The position numbers were made by a program, and so were the translations under genes. Under the pieces are notes generated by a model, which saw nothing but the letters and a program-made list of their open reading frames with translations, was not told where the DNA came from and did not search any database. A stretch of 64,000 nt of DNA from Tubulanus polymorphus (Eukaryota > Animalia > Nemertea): positions 2,790,001 through 2,854,000 of the forward strand of contig NC_134025.1 in NCBI RefSeq assembly GCF_964204645.1. Reading direction: 5' to 3'. Shown in pieces: positions 1 to 18,504 of this stretch. The stretch's first letter is position 1. Every line of letters begins with the position of its first letter.

Positions 1-235
1 TTACAGACATCATTAGCCACATCACGAGGACGATACCAGTTATTTTTTGTCGTCCATCGTCGTCTCCCGAGATGGTGATTATGTTTTCTAAATTATATCT
101 GTCTATCTGAGAGTAAATGGTATTGTTGATTCCGAAATAGAAGAAGAACCTATGATGTCTAAATGAAAACTGATCGAGTGTCACAGCATCATTTCCATCA
201 GAAATAATGGGGGTTTCATCTTTAACACTCATCAT
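1..235 (-). CDS. 5' part of an ORF running off the left edge; possible membrane protein (GPCR-like N-terminus plus start of TM1)
   Basis: Frame open from ATG at 235 to position 1: MMSVKDETPIISDGNDAVTLDQFSFRHHRFFFYFGINNTIYSQIDRYNLENIITISGDDDGRQKITGIVLVMWLMMSV; one N-glycosylation sequon (NNT), hydrophobic run at the edge, and an upstream acceptor (tttttgcag) ending at 320. Family assignment is inference only. Confidence 0.4.
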   Translation of the reverse strand, partial: MMSVKDETPIISDGNDAVTLDQFSFRHHRFFFYFGINNTIYSQIDRYNLENIITISGDDDGRQKITGIVLVMWLMMSV

Positions 236-3200
236 GAGATTGTTGAGCGAAGCAAAAAATTACAGTCTCTTAACCCGGAAAATGTCCCCTTCATAGCGCT
301 GTCGAACATGTGCTGTAAACTGCAAAAATGATCTCGAAACAAAAGAGTTTCTACTTTTTCAGCTGTCACTTGATCAAACAACCAGATGTTGAACAATAAT
401 TATTTAATCCTACTTTGGTAACGAGACAACCGCTTACATCAAGCACTAGCGATTCAATAATGATAGTTCAGTTAATGGACAGCTAGAAAATATATTCGAT
501 ACCTAAAAGTAAAAGAGGACATTTAATGTAGTAGATGGATGATATAGGGTTTTACCGTTAATTCTATTAGTTAGAAAAGATAGCCATATTGTATTGAATT
601 TACTTCGAATTCAAATGATCAATTTTCTTGGCATATGCAATTAATGCCGCGATTCTTCTTTGATGATTTGTTCGACGCGTTACCGAGAATAATGCCTTAT
701 TCATAGACATGTTTAGCTGAAATAATTACGGGGCCAGTTCTTCGATGGTTTTTTTCCCGCTCACGAATCGATAAATAATGAACACAGAATAAAGCCTCAG
801 ATGTTGCCAAGGCCTTTAACTTCAAGATCCGATATATGTATATAAAGATGAACCAGACCTGCTATTTTGGGGTAAAATCAATTCCATCATTAGGAAGCGT
901 TTCATTACGATTTATCATGTATTTACGTATAATGTACAAGCGATGGCCAACCAAGGCTTTATGGCATAAAAAGGTGCATACCGTGTATATAAAAAGTATG
1001 CATAAAGCCCGCTAAGCCATGATTTAAAAGACCAGTCTCCCTGATGATCCTAGACTAAGCCGTGTCTGTAAGTAAACGTATTAACTGTAAGTCGTATACT
1101 TCAAGACAATCCACGGCGCCTGGATATTCTAAGCATAGATTAAAATCTGATCAATCTTAATTTCTTACGCGTTATTTGAGTTGACAGGATGAGTGCCGTT
1201 TGCAGGTACTTTCATGCGAGTAAGCTGAAATCTGAGGCTGCAATGATGTTGATGGATAAAATGCCGGTAATTGTTTGTTCAAGGTTTGCTTTGATGACAT
1301 GGAGATTGTTGCCAGTAATGGACACTAGAGATTATGGGATAAGCTATCGGCGTCTCCCTGGAAAATGCAAATATGGTAATCGCGAAGTATCGATGATATC
1401 TTTGGTTCGAAGCACGCATTGACACTAAACATTAGGGACGCGTGATATGGTTTTTAGAATTCACAGCGAAGAATGACCTAAGGATGTGGAGAATGTTATC
1501 TCGCAGTAACCATTCTGACTTAAAATAATGCTGCAGGGTGTAACCCTCTCACTCTCTCTCCTTCTCTTATTGAAACAACCTTCAATGTTGTCTCTCTCTC
1601 TCTCGTTCTCTCTTAGCATTCAACTTTCATTCTGCATGTGTGCCTGTAACCTTGAAACAAGTGTCATCGACTCACAGTTTTCTCGATTAGTCTAAAGCGT
1701 AAAATCGAATCTCGAGTTGTATTGTTGTTTGAAGATATATCTGTGAGTTTATGTATACCTATAATTCAACGTGGACCTGATAAAATGTATTCCACAACGG
1801 ATATTTTCATTCGATTGGAACACATACTCATTATTCAGTCTTCCGGCCATAAATCTTCCCTAATGATGTTCTTCCAGAATAGATGATCCCTTCCCTGTTA
1901 CTGGTCTCACTTGCTCCCTGAACTAATGGCCTCCATCCATCCAAAAATAATGACTTCTGCAAACCTCATTACTGCTAAAATAACTATGGATGATGTACAT
2001 ACAAAACATTTCCAACTATTCTCTTTTGGATCTTGAGAGGCTCGAACGAGACTGATGTCATCATGTCACTAACAACAGAAAGAAAGCCATGAATTATTGA
2101 TGGCCGACAAAATCCCTAAACCTGATATGTTACGAGGTGTTTTTAAATGTTATTCTTGCGCTTAGTGTCATATGATAGTGACGAAAAAATAATCCATCCA
2201 CGTATGAATCACAAAAGGCGGAGGTTTAGCTGAAACCTAAACACACATAACAATGTTATTGATAAACACGTTGAGGGGATTATGTGAAGATATTGATAGT
2301 TTTTATATGTATTAATTTTTTCATTTATCTTATGTTTATTCAACTGTTTTCATTTATAATCTGTCAGACAACGAGACCAGGCCAATGCCATATCGGGGTA
2401 AATATCGTACTCAGTGAATTAAAACAGTCGGTTGTCTTTGAGTAATTTCTCCGGCGCTGCGAGCAAACCGGATGTTATGAGGATATCGACGTGTATGAAC
2501 TGAATCCTGGATTAACCCGGTTGACAGCCACCTGAAATAGAATCGTGTATCTGGTCAGTGATGTCACAATATCGCTAATGGTGATGATGGCTTTCGCGAC
2601 ATAAGCCGATCGACTTGTAACCTCCTATTGAACAACAACGCACGTGTATACTTCATTTGTTTTAGTAATGATGCGTGATCAGATTTCTTCAAAGAATAAA
2701 AACTGATATTTCTAGGGCATGCATACACCTGCGTTATGCTTTTACTGTGCATTCTCAAGTACGAATAACAAAAGATAAGAAAACTTTACTATCATTCTGT
2801 GGAAATGTAAAGAATATCGTAATATTAGTTGTATCCAGTATTGTATTCTTTACTAAGCGCGTATAGTTCATCACTATGCGATCTTATTTATTCTGAAGAT
2901 ATATTTCATATGAAAACCTTATTTTGTGTGAATATCGAATATTCGAGGCCCTTCACCTTGCACCGAACAACTAAAACCGGGCTGAGTTGACGTTCATAAC
3001 CTCTCCATTACCTCCGAAGAGCTGTTGTTTTCGGTGAACTCGGTGCCAGATAAACGGGTCTCGTTCAGGCGCGTACACCGGAAATCTTATCTACTACATT
3101 TTCATTTTGAGTATCAACAACATCGACTCGAAGAACGATCTCGTGATGCCGGCGTACAAGTAAACCTGGTCCAGATATTGTCTGACAAACTTCTTTAATG

Positions 3201-3934
3201 AGAATTTACGAGTTTTACTCATTAAACAAACCTTCCGTAACAAACTTTCTCACGGATATTGAGTGGTATTAAACTATCTTACAGGTTAACCGTTGCTGAC
3301 AACCAGGTGAACAGACAAACATCGTGTACCATGTGGCCTGTTTATCAAACTGTTTCTGTAGTTTTACTACGAGTTGTGCAGCGTTCTACTATTTTACACC
3401 TGCCGAGTAAATTACCTTTCACTTTTCCCGGATCTCTTTGAATATTATGACAAAATCAGCCTTTAACATAAATCGCCTTTCCTTCCTCGATTTTTTTTTG
3501 AATGGGATCGGCACAAGTTTATTATTTGTGTTCTTTTTTAGCTACAACTTTTCCTTAAAGTGCTTTCAGAACGACGATAAACCAACTGTAGAAGTTAGGG
3601 TCAGATCAATAATAAAAGTTTATTCTCTATAAATAGAATTTATCAACTAAATAATTTCATTGATATAACAATATATTATCATTTTCTACATAGCGCGCCG
3701 TATCCATTTCTCACTCAGCGCGCGATGAAGGCAGCACTGTACCGTCCTCATCTGATAAAGCAGGCCTGTAAATCTTCCATCTTTTACGATGAAGATAAAA
3801 TCTACCAACCATTTAATGGTCAATGACTAATTCGAGCTCAAATAATACTATATATTTTATCCTCAATAACAAAAGAGGAATTTTGTAATAAAACATAAGA
3901 TATACGATGAAATAATAGAGACATTGTTTGTTCT

Positions 3935-6070
3935 TTATCTTCTACGAGAAACTCCCTTTTTAGGTGGAGCGGGTCGAGCTTTAATATCTTTACATTTAGG
4001 AATATGTCTTTCAGCAGTTGTTGGGTTAAATCGTCTTTCGCAATAAGGACACTGAACATAATCCGGATTTTCTGAAGGTGGGGGTGGCGGTAGATCGCTT
4101 ATCTTTCCTCCAGCTGCTTCAACTTGAGACAACTTCTTCGCGTAACGAATTGATTTGATGAAATCTTCATGCTGAGCACGCCAGTTTACCTTTTTTCTCC
4201 GCTGAAAGATTCAATCAGAGCAATTTTTATGGTAAAACCATCCAAGTGTATCGATAGTGGATTATCTGGTTAACAAATTAGTTTTCTTATTTTTTATTGG
4301 ACGATTTAATTCAGGATTGGCGTCGTCATTTTTTTACATAAAATGACAGTGATGCAATAATAGCTCTCACCTGAATGTCCGTATTTTGCTTCGGTTCATC
4401 TCTATTATATTTCTGCGCTTCGGTACCAACCGTGCGCATTTTCGTTGCATCAAATACTTTTCGTTTTTTCGATGCTTTGCTACAAGCTTGTTTATGTTTC
4501 TCCAGTCGTTCTAAAGCGAATTTTCTTCCGCAAATGGAACACGGTTTTAAGTTGACATTAACTTCCGGAGCTGCGGCATCGGAGGCTAATGCGGCTTCTT
4601 CGTAGAATCTTGAAGCAGGCTCGTCATGAACCGCAACATTTTCTTCGTCATCTGAAGTAGGAGGCGGTTCCCATTTCTTCACTCGTGGTCTAGTTTTTGG
4701 CTCGATTTTTTTAGTTCTTGTAGGTTGTTGTTCTTCAACATAATCTTTCTTCCAATGAATTTCATCATCGTCTTCACCGCTGTCATCATTCCACTCTTGC
4801 ATTTCTTGCAGCAATTTTTTACGTTTATTTTCCGCTGCTTTTCTCTTCATTTCTTTCTCCTCTTCAGCTTTATCCTGGTGAATAAGAACAGTATAATGTA
4901 TACTTAAAATGTGCGTAGCGAGAACTGTTTATTTTACCACGAACCAACAATGTGTATTCTTACCTTTTCTTCTTGTTTTTCTCTTTCCAATTTCATCCTT
5001 TCGAGTTCAGCTTGTTGTTGTTTAATTTTAGCTATCAATTCCTGTTCCTTGCGTTTTATTTCTGCTTCCCAGTCGTTCTCATCAGGAGATTCTGGAGCAG
5101 TATTTTGCAGCTCGTCGCTGTCGTCATCGACTTCATCATTCTTAAAATGTATCTTTGGAACTATTGGTTTAGGTTTAGGCGGTTTGTGTTTATGACGGGA
5201 TGGAGGGTCTGAGTTTTGTGTGCTGGAATACTGAGGTTTGTGCACGCGAGCTTTTATAATTCTATTTTCCCGTTCGATGTCCCGTTCTTTTTGCCATTGC
5301 TGAAAATGTCCAGAATTTTCTCTCGACCTTGGTAAATGAGCCCGTTCAATGCGCACTTGCCGTTCGATATCTTGTTCAATTTGCCATTTTTCGAAATCAC
5401 TTAAATGAGTTGGACTCTTTTGTTTTTGGTGCCGACTATGTTGCTGTCTTCGTATATGTTCTAAAGCAGCCGATGTAAGGTTATCCTCATCACTACTATT
5501 CATGTTTTCAAATCGTTCACGGTCGTACGCAGCACGAGTTTGATCTTTTTGTTTTCGCGCGCGGACTAGTTTCGGCTTGAATTGCATCGGAGGTGTTGGC
5601 ACGTGTTCTTCATATCGTTCATTAACTTTTTCCGTTCGATGATTATTTCGCTGAATTGGTTGTAATAAGTTTGATCGATCACGTCCAGCGCTTCCGGCGT
5701 GTTTAGGGTGATTTTGGGTAGGTATACGACGAGGTATTTGTCTTCTTTTTTTATTGCGATCGTGAGCGCTATATCGGTCTGGATCTGGTTGTATTGGGGA
5801 ATGTTTGCTGGTAGATTCAGTTCGTCTTTGATGAGACCCACTGTTCGGTTGTGATCTCGTAGTTCGATTCACTTTATCTAAGGCACGCTTTTGATTATCC
5901 TCGTACATGTCTATCAGCTTTTGCTCCTTTTCTTTCATGAGTTTCTGTTGAAATGTTGCCTGTAGTGCCGAAGCGTTTGAAGGGTCCGATCTTTTACGCC
6001 CATATTGATATCTACCGGGTGTGGGGTTTACTTGAGCAGGGAGTGGAATACGTGATTGCGTCATAGCCAT
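3935..6070 (-). CDS. ZC2HC1C: Zinc finger C2HC domain-containing protein 1C-like (3 coding exons, 625 aa)
   Basis: Exons 6070-4964, 4874-4371, 4201-3935, all phase 0 with GT-AG ends. Two C2HC fingers (CSICGRKF..ERLEKHKQAC; CPYCERRFNPTTAERHIPKC), KKRKVFD and NWRAQHEDFIKSIR motifs typical of the FAM164/ZC2HC1 family; long low-complexity/coiled-coil N-terminus as in the 1C paralogue. Confidence 0.85.
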
Positions 6071-6842
6071 GGAGCCTGAAATATACATAATCAAATCATT
6101 TTCCGCTTTTATAAAGTTCTCGTAAACTAAGCTATTATTAAACTTGCTCTTGTCGGGAGACTGATTTTTAGCAGTGTTAACTCCAGATCATGCATGTAAA
6201 ACCATTGGATGATTTATTACCTTTATTTATAACCACAGTGTCGTTTGATATATTGAATCGGGATATTTCTGAATTGTATGGGGTGTCCCACACAACGGGG
6301 TAAGTGGAGTTTGACTGCATCCTTGACGTTGTATTTTGACTATGGATCGTCTGCATGAGATTCAATCTTTTTGCAGCATTTTGAGGATAACATACCATTA
6401 CAATTCTTTTTAGATTATTTCAAACCCAAAGTATATGTCTTATAAGACATTTAAACAGGTTAGGTGAATTTCACTCCTGAGAGCCGTCCCCCTGATGCAA
6501 ACTATAGGCTACTTTAGTAGGTGGTATATAGCCTTATGGCGTTGCATTCACTTACGGTAGTGAAAAGTGACAGATAACGAAGGGTTACTAAGATCCGGCT
6601 TTTTTATGCAAAACTCATTGATTGAGTCTGACTCTGAGAATGATCAAATCAGACTCAAACTCAGTCAATGAGAGTGTGACAGCTGCTAAAATCAACAAAA
6701 CAAAAAAGCCAAACAAACGATAGTCTACAATTAAGTAGGCCTAAGACATCCGTACGAGCAACTTATCCGAGTGTCCAATCTGATTCAAATAAAACTTCTT
6801 TTCAATGTTAAAATAGCCATTTTTCATGAATTTGGTTCCTAC

Positions 6843-7177
6843 CTTTGACTATTTTCAACCAGGAAGTAAGCCTATTGTTTGTTTACATGGTTGGTAGGGA
6901 CATAGGGTGTGTTGCGCAGATTTGTATTCGTTTAAATGTAAACACAAAATTTCACACAATAGGATAAATATTTGCTTGAAATATATATCATAGAATTATG
7001 CTTGTCAAAATACTAGCGTATCTTGCCACTTCAATTACTAGAAAATATGTGATAATAAGGCTGGTAATGATTTTAGTTCTCGCCGTAATTGCGAGGTGGC
7101 AGCACTTCCTGGTAAATTTGTCTAAGAGCATTGATCACTCTTTAAACTATTAATATTCCTCATATTCGAAGATAAAT
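6843..7177. promoter_or_regulatory. Probable bidirectional promoter (ZC2HC1C-like / beta-propeller gene)
   Basis: Head-to-head genes; minus-strand donor-like site near 6841 for a 5' UTR exon; ETS-like caggaagt (~6860) and acttcctg (~7104); forkhead-like tgtttac/gtaaaca motifs (~6880, ~6938). Confidence 0.5.
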
Positions 7178-9356
7178 ATGGGCATGTCACCGAATGCAAG
7201 ATTAAATCTACTATGGACGAAAAGAATAGAAAATAATTTCAATGTTTTACTCGTGGGAAAAGTGTTTAAGTGAGTGAAAGCCGATCCTGATGATTACCAG
7301 TCGTGTCAATTCAATTCCAATTCTATTTATTTATTTAATGTACTAACTGTTTTACAGGAGTAATCAGATGTCGCTGGTCGCTGGTTGTGATGATGGTGTA
7401 ATCAGGGTGTTTGAGGTCCCATCAAATGACTCTAAGCTTCCCCTCAAAGTAAGATTTCCTTGTTGGAGTCAAAAGGTCCGAAGGTGCCCTCCAACCTTGT
7501 CCTTGTCTTGGATCCCGCTTTACCTATGACGGGCGGCTTAAGTCTTGTTACTTTAGTCGGTAACTTGTCTGTGGTTTAGTTTCCTGATTGGATATTTTCA
7601 CAACCCAAACCACTTTTAAAAGCTGACCACCGACAACTTGGATCACCAAGATGCTTACTTCAGGGTTCTCCTACTGAGCTAATACCAACCACAAGTGGTT
7701 GTGAAAATAACTAACCGTTACAGATTACTCCCTATGAACACTAGGATATCTAAAAATCTTTCAGTCAGTTCATTATTTTCAAATCCTTTGACTGAATGGA
7801 TCTTTTGTTTTTGTATTTCTAGTGTATTTCTACATTGGAAACGAAAGGAGGTCCAATCCAAGTTCTTGCTCTGCACAATGTGATGAAATTCGCTTCAATA
7901 GATGTGATAACTGGTGATTCTAAAGGAATGTTAACAGTATTCTCTAATGGTCAAATTCTTTCGCGTCAACCCATATCTAATCATAGTCTCAATTGTTTAC
8001 AGATACTACAAGATGCAAGTAGGTTTTTATCCGAATGAACTTAGTTTAGTGTCTCAAAATGAATTGTTTGTAATAAAGTAATATGTATTTTGCTGTTTTA
8101 GCCGGTGCAATCGCTATCGTTTGTTCAGATAATTCTGGAAGTTTGTTTGCGGCTTCTCCGTACAACGCCTTTGAATGGAAAATACGACTCGGGGATGTGA
8201 TACCTTCTAGGGTAAGATACTATTCTAACCCAGGTTCATTGATTATTGCAAATGGACGCATTTTGCTGCTAAGTCTGAAGATCTTATTGCATTTTTACTC
8301 TGTATGTTAAGGCTGACGTAGGTCGACGCAACCCAACGCGATCGGTTGCTACTGGTCACACATTGTCTCAATTATCAGTGATATTGTGCAACTATTGCAG
8401 CTGGCATCACTGACAGTCACAAGGTTTTGCAACTAGGTAGACCTATGCCTGCCTTAACATAACGCTGACAAGTTATACTGTATAATCTTCGTCTAAATTG
8501 TTTTAATGAATATTCTGCAGGAAATTCCAACGACGATAAAAAGTGTGCTGTCTGTGTCATTACCGAATGTGGCAGGTCATAATTCAAGTTATATATTAGC
8601 GAGTGATGATCAACATCATTTGTACATTATTCATCAAGGAAGTATTGTTCTTATCCTAGACACACCATCAAATATAACAGCTGTGAGTTTTCCATCACAT
8701 CATCTATTTCTGAATGAAACGATGTCATAGAGTTTATTGATTATTGTAATACCGGTAATGAATTGATATTTATAGATGTGTGCCGGACGTTTCCTTCACA
8801 ATGTTGGTTTAGAGACACCTGGTGGGCCAGTTAGCACCAATAGCCCTGGCCCACAGGTAGCTTTAGGCAGCGAATCTGGTGGGATATATCTATTCAGTAA
8901 TTTTGAGGTACACTAGTTGTGACTACATTATTCACGGATCTCAACTTCTTGTGCGTTTACCTTTCATATCCTTTTTGTTTTCTGTGTTTAGCTCTATCAA
9001 GAAGAATATGCCAATACCGGTATGTCAATTACGCAGATGTGTGTGCTAGCATCACAGGAAGCTCATGAAGTAGATACAATTATTTGTGCTGGTCATGCTA
9101 ATGCTGTTGTTGTGTTCAACAATGCTAAGGTAAAACATTTATTTTCTTTCACAATAGTCATCCAGTGTACAGTAAACTTTAGATTTATATGCGGTACGTA
9201 TTTGTAACTTTCTGTTTGTAGGAAATTGCCAGATATGCCACTTCCGACTGGGTTAATTCAATCTCAACTACTAATACAGACAGAGACAGAGAAAAGACTA
9301 TAATCGTTGGTTGCCTGGACAATTCAATTCAAGCATTAAAACTAACCTATTTCTGA
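7178..9356 (+). CDS. Uncharacterised WD40/FG-GAP-like beta-propeller protein (8 exons, 351 aa)
   Basis: Exons 7178-7269, 7358-7448, 7823-8018, 8102-8211, 8521-8682, 8776-8907, 8992-9129, 9222-9356 join in frame (1056 nt). Repeated blade-like motifs LVAGCDDGVIRVF, VITGDSKGMLTVF, IVCSDNSGSLF, VALGSESGGIYLF, IIVGCLDNSIQAL; AATAAA near 9463. Confidence 0.8.
7593..7709. mobile_element. MITE-like element (13-bp perfect inverted repeats) in an intron
   Basis: tattttcacaacc (7593-7605) and ggttgtgaaaata (7697-7709). Confidence 0.4.
8303..8461. mobile_element. MITE-like element with ~25-bp imperfect terminal inverted repeats, intronic
   Basis: tatgttaaggctgacgtaggtcgac ... gtagacctatgcctgccttaacata; ends in TA on both sides; non-coding. 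Confidence 0.55.
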
Positions 9357-11147
9357 CTTTCCATATTTCATTACACCATGTATAGAATCAATGTACATAA
9401 TTTGTATTGGTAAGTGTACTGATATGCATTTATAGAAGAGCTTGTATCAAGTTTTGTCATTTTAATAAAATATATTAACACGTTCAATCATACTTCAGTG
9501 TCATGTTTGTCAATGGTCATTTGCTCTTTCATTAATGGACTATTAGTGTAAACGCCCAATGTGTATTTACAGAGGTTGTTAGCAATTCTCGTGCGTCATC
9601 TTGGCCGTCGAATTCACGTCAGTTAGGCGCTTGACGGCCACTATGACGCTTGTGACTGTTTAGCGGCTATTCTAGTCACCTTTGTTAATGATGAAAATAC
9701 GCACGTCAGCGCATTTGGAAATGATGAAGGTCCCCGCGGCGAATCTTCTTTCATCCTATCATTATAATGGGCGTAACCGCTATTGTCAATATCAGATGGC
9801 CACGCGCGTGAGTAATCCCGTGTCCACCTAATTTCACATATACACTATTCCGAAATAACCATGCTTACAGAGAGGTATCTAATTTCATTATCATAATTCT
9901 TGGTTCTAATTGAACTACCGCAACACCAGGCCCCGTTCCCGTTATGTTTTACAAAGCGGCTAAGCTGTTTTACAATTAGGGCCTCGAATTGTTCAAAAGC
10001 TAGTTCCTGGAACAGTTAGTGCAAGTAGGTTTTCTTCATTTGAGAAGAGTCAAACGTCTGAAGTGGTTGCCCAAATTTCTCAAATACAGTTTTGAGAAAC
10101 AGTTCAGGATTTGTCGCCACACTTTTCTGTACGTACATTCATGATACGACATTGGACTGTGCCCGGTTGATAAATACAACCTGCTGATATGGGCATTCGG
10201 CCGACGGACGGTAATTGTTTAAGTACCTCAGGCCTACAGCTGTGAATTAGGGACATCCATCAATTGACATCCTTTCGCTATTCAAACCGTCCGCATTTTT
10301 CATCAGTGACTTTTTCATCACCTAATAGTAATGGCTTATGTCAACAGCAGAAAAAACTCAAATATTTTCGCTCAAGCAACGAAGTCGCCCCCACACCCCC
10401 GGTGATGACTGTTAAAACTTAGAAACACGGTAGTATAAGATTGAGGATATTAGACATAAACACTTCAGGTCCTTCAGTATTTAGGCAACGCCATCATGCG
10501 CGTAGACGTTGAAAGTTTCTGAGAGTTTGAAGTGTCGCGGTTTGGTGGCCTTGGTCGACACTACCTGAACCCGTAAGAGTCCTTCCTGGTTTCAGGCCAG
10601 CATGCGGGTGTTTTGGCAGTTCTGTCCCAACAACCATGAATTATTGATTCAAGTGAGACAATATCCATTGGATCCAATAATTATCCGCTATTTTTGCAGT
10701 GTTAATCACTCTGGCATCCGCCACAAAAGCATCATATCCAGGCAATGATTAAACTGCAGAAGAATAAGTTGCGCATTGCAGTACGCTAGCCGACCAATGA
10801 AAATAGCGTTTATGAATTATACTGATGAACGAGGTGGCGCGCAGCTGGGACGTATAACACCCGGTGTAGTTATTGCGTATAGTCCCACTTGTTTTACTCC
10901 AACTGATCGGCGCACACTGCATAGGTTGGTCCGCAAATTGCATTTTCCGTCGAAACTACTATTTCGCTGTAATCTGTCTTGAAAGAACTGGGCTGTTTCT
11001 GTAGAAAAGTCTTGTTGACACGATAACTACAGCGAGCAGACGAGAGCGCATTGATACACTGATATTCTCAGCAACTTGCACTTACTGCTCCCATCCTCAG
11101 CAAGCAGAGACGATCAAGTCGCAAGCCGGTATCCAGAATAAATCGAA

Positions 11148-13574
<2,427 letters not shown>

Positions 13575-14114
13575 ACTTGTCACTGCTCTCTTCGCACATT
13601 CAGTTGTTCACCAATGGCAGAGAGAGTTTGGACATTTTCCTGTCTCATTTTTCCTCCATTTTCATTTCATTGGTCTCATTTTAACACTGACGCATTTTTG
13701 CTTGACGAACGAAGATCGAAGGGAACACGCTTTATAAACAGAACGGAGACAGGCTGGAACGACAGAGAAGCATTGGAAACAACGGGGTTTGAGTTTATAA
13801 AGTTGTGTTGTGGGTCGCAAACGTGCTAGATGTGGATTTACTATATACAGGAGATGTGTTGCGAATATGCGGCACATTTTTAAAGTTTAGGACTTGTAAT
13901 TGTGAAAACATATGGACAACGTATCTGTAATATCTGTAAATTTTTGTAATATATATGTCTTTGGAAATATATACATATGGTCTTTACTAAGGCGAAAAAA
14001 ATGTTGCATTGATTCATTATTCTTGCATGGAGACGCTCGATGCGTTGATTAGTTCGGTTTTGGTCCATTATCTACACTGCGAAAGTGATTGAGCCCTACG
14101 GAGGCGCGATACTT

Positions 14115-14160
14115 GGTCAACCCAGGGAAGTGTGATGTCATCACATTTCCCTGGTTAACC
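14115..14160. repeat. Near-perfect palindrome/hairpin between the convergent CaM-A and CaM-B 3' ends
   Basis: ggtcaacccagggaagtgtgatg-t-catcacatttccctggttaacc. Confidence 0.6.
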
Positions 14161-14961
14161 ACTGGTGAATCACTAACGATATATAGAAAATCCCGCAATG
14201 AAACGGAAGATAAGTCCCTAAGGTTTCCTTAGTCAAAAATGAATTGATGAGATAAACAGGTATATTAGATGGTGCTTATAGAGTGTGCAGGCCCGTGCCG
14301 AGCCTATTGAGGGACAGTTCCATTTCAAGAAAGAAGGGCACTTCACCGTCTTAAGGGGCACTTTCCTATTGAAAAAAGGGACCCCATCTTCAATATAAAT
14401 TTTTGAACACCTGAATAAATCATTTGGGAATGGATTACTTATCATTTTCCAAAAAAACATGAAAATTGTATCCAAATTATGATAAATCCTAACCCGAATT
14501 TTTTACACTGACTTTTTGAAGTGAATCGTGGGGGGTTCGTTCGCCAACTCGTACAAGCCACCGCTAGCATCTTCCGCCCATCAGACGAGAAACGACTGTA
14601 CAACAATTCCGGATGAGGTAACATTTGCCTTATGAATATAGCCGGATTTTAAGTTTTTTGTTCGTATGTTCCTGTATTGGGCTTTTCTCCTCCGCATGCT
14701 CTCCTCTATTTCACAATAACTGCCCTCGTAAGATGGAAGATCTGACATTTCGACGATTTATTCGAACGACTAAGACTTCGAAACAACAATTCTTTAGCAG
14801 ATGAGAATTTTAAGAAATGACGCCCGAGACACTATAAGGACAAATATCAAACAATCAAATCATTTTATAATATAAACTATTGATAACAATTTATTTCAAT
14901 CAAAAGTAAGCATTACAAAAGTATATAATAAATGTATGAAACAATGTATAACAACAGACGT

Positions 14962-15795
<834 letters not shown>

Positions 15796-16299
15796 GATTG
15801 CTTCGATGTATGACGATAACAACAAACTAACAGGTTTATTATATATTACACAGACAGATATAGAAGATTGTGTACCCAAAATCAACATCAGATCCTCGCG
15901 AAAACGAGGCAAAATGTGGCGCAATGCCGATAAGTCATTCGTGACTTCAATAGATAATTTTGTTTGGTTCTCCGTAGTAACAAAATAGATAGTCGAAACT
16001 AGCTCAGGTGCTATTGAAAACAACCTGTTCGCTTGATATCTGGATCAATGATTCATAAAACTTTATACAAAGCACAACATGAGATAGAGAAACAAGTGCA
16101 CTGAACAGGTTTTTCTATAAACGGACGACACCTTCTTTTATGTTAGGTTCGATTGATATTGTAAGATGGCGAATCTTCTGTAAGGATATGGTAACTGGCC
16201 TGATCAGAAACCTCGGACCAGTCCCGAGCCAAATTTTAGCACGGGTCAAATCATTGCCTGAGAATTGCCACTGGTTCCGGAAGTGACTCACTTCACTTT

Positions 16300-16690
16300 G
16301 AGCGAGCAATGCGGGCGAGTGGTTAGAGCGTTCGTCTCCGGAAAGCAACAATTCCCTTCAAAAAGACATCGTTTTGTGTCTGCTGACATTTCGACGCATT
16401 CGGGACGCGGGAAATGTCTTTTACGCTACGTGAAACAAAACTTAATCTTTTTGAGGGGAATTATCGCTCATAGAAGCCAGGTCGTGGGTTCGAACCCCGC
16501 ACATTACCGCCCCGGGCATGACACTGATCCTCATTGCCTCTCTTCACTCAGGAGTAAATGGGTCTGATAGATGATTCCTGATCATGAAAATGGTCAGAGT
16601 CATAGGCTGGGGCTGATAATACCAACGCCCGAACGTTTTGTTTAAGCATTATTTAGTAGAGTGGGATGTTTGCGCGTGAACGCGCTCTAT
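16300..16690 (+). mobile_element. tRNA-derived SINE (CORE-like central domain) whose head is split by a palindromic insert
   Basis: A-box-like ggcgagtggttagagc (~16314), B-box ggttcgaaccc (16487-16497), then gggcatgacactgatcctcattgcctctcttcactcaggagtaaatgggt, which resembles the CORE-SINE domain. The 3' boundary is approximate. Confidence 0.6.
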
Positions 16691-17109
16691 TTCATCCTCC
16701 CCGGCAGGGATACGAACCTGATGACATCGAGATTGCCACGGTAACCCTGCACACTAGACCGAGTGCGCACAGCTACATGCGCGGCTTAGAAGATGTCATT
16801 ATTAGCCAATCAGATATATATTTGACTCTGGCCTGATCGGTGCAATTTGTGGCCCGATCCAAATCGTCTCCGTATGATCGCGGCTTGTTTTGGTTCCAAT
16901 TCCGATTCAAACCACTCACAGTTGCAGGTAGAATCGTCACCAGTTCCCTCCTTGAGTTTTCCAAGATATTTATATGAAGCAAAAAAGGAGAATTAACTTA
17001 TAAACACATAAAAAGGCACATTGTCAATATATCTATATCTTTATTCACATGAAACATAATGAGATTATTTAGGAAGAAATGATTGCAAGTTGGATGGGCG
17101 TCTGACACT

Positions 17110-18504
<1,395 letters not shown>

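Noticed and set aside
16300-16505. tRNA gene
   Set aside because: A and B boxes are present, but there is no convincing cloverleaf, a long insert, and a SINE-like body follows.
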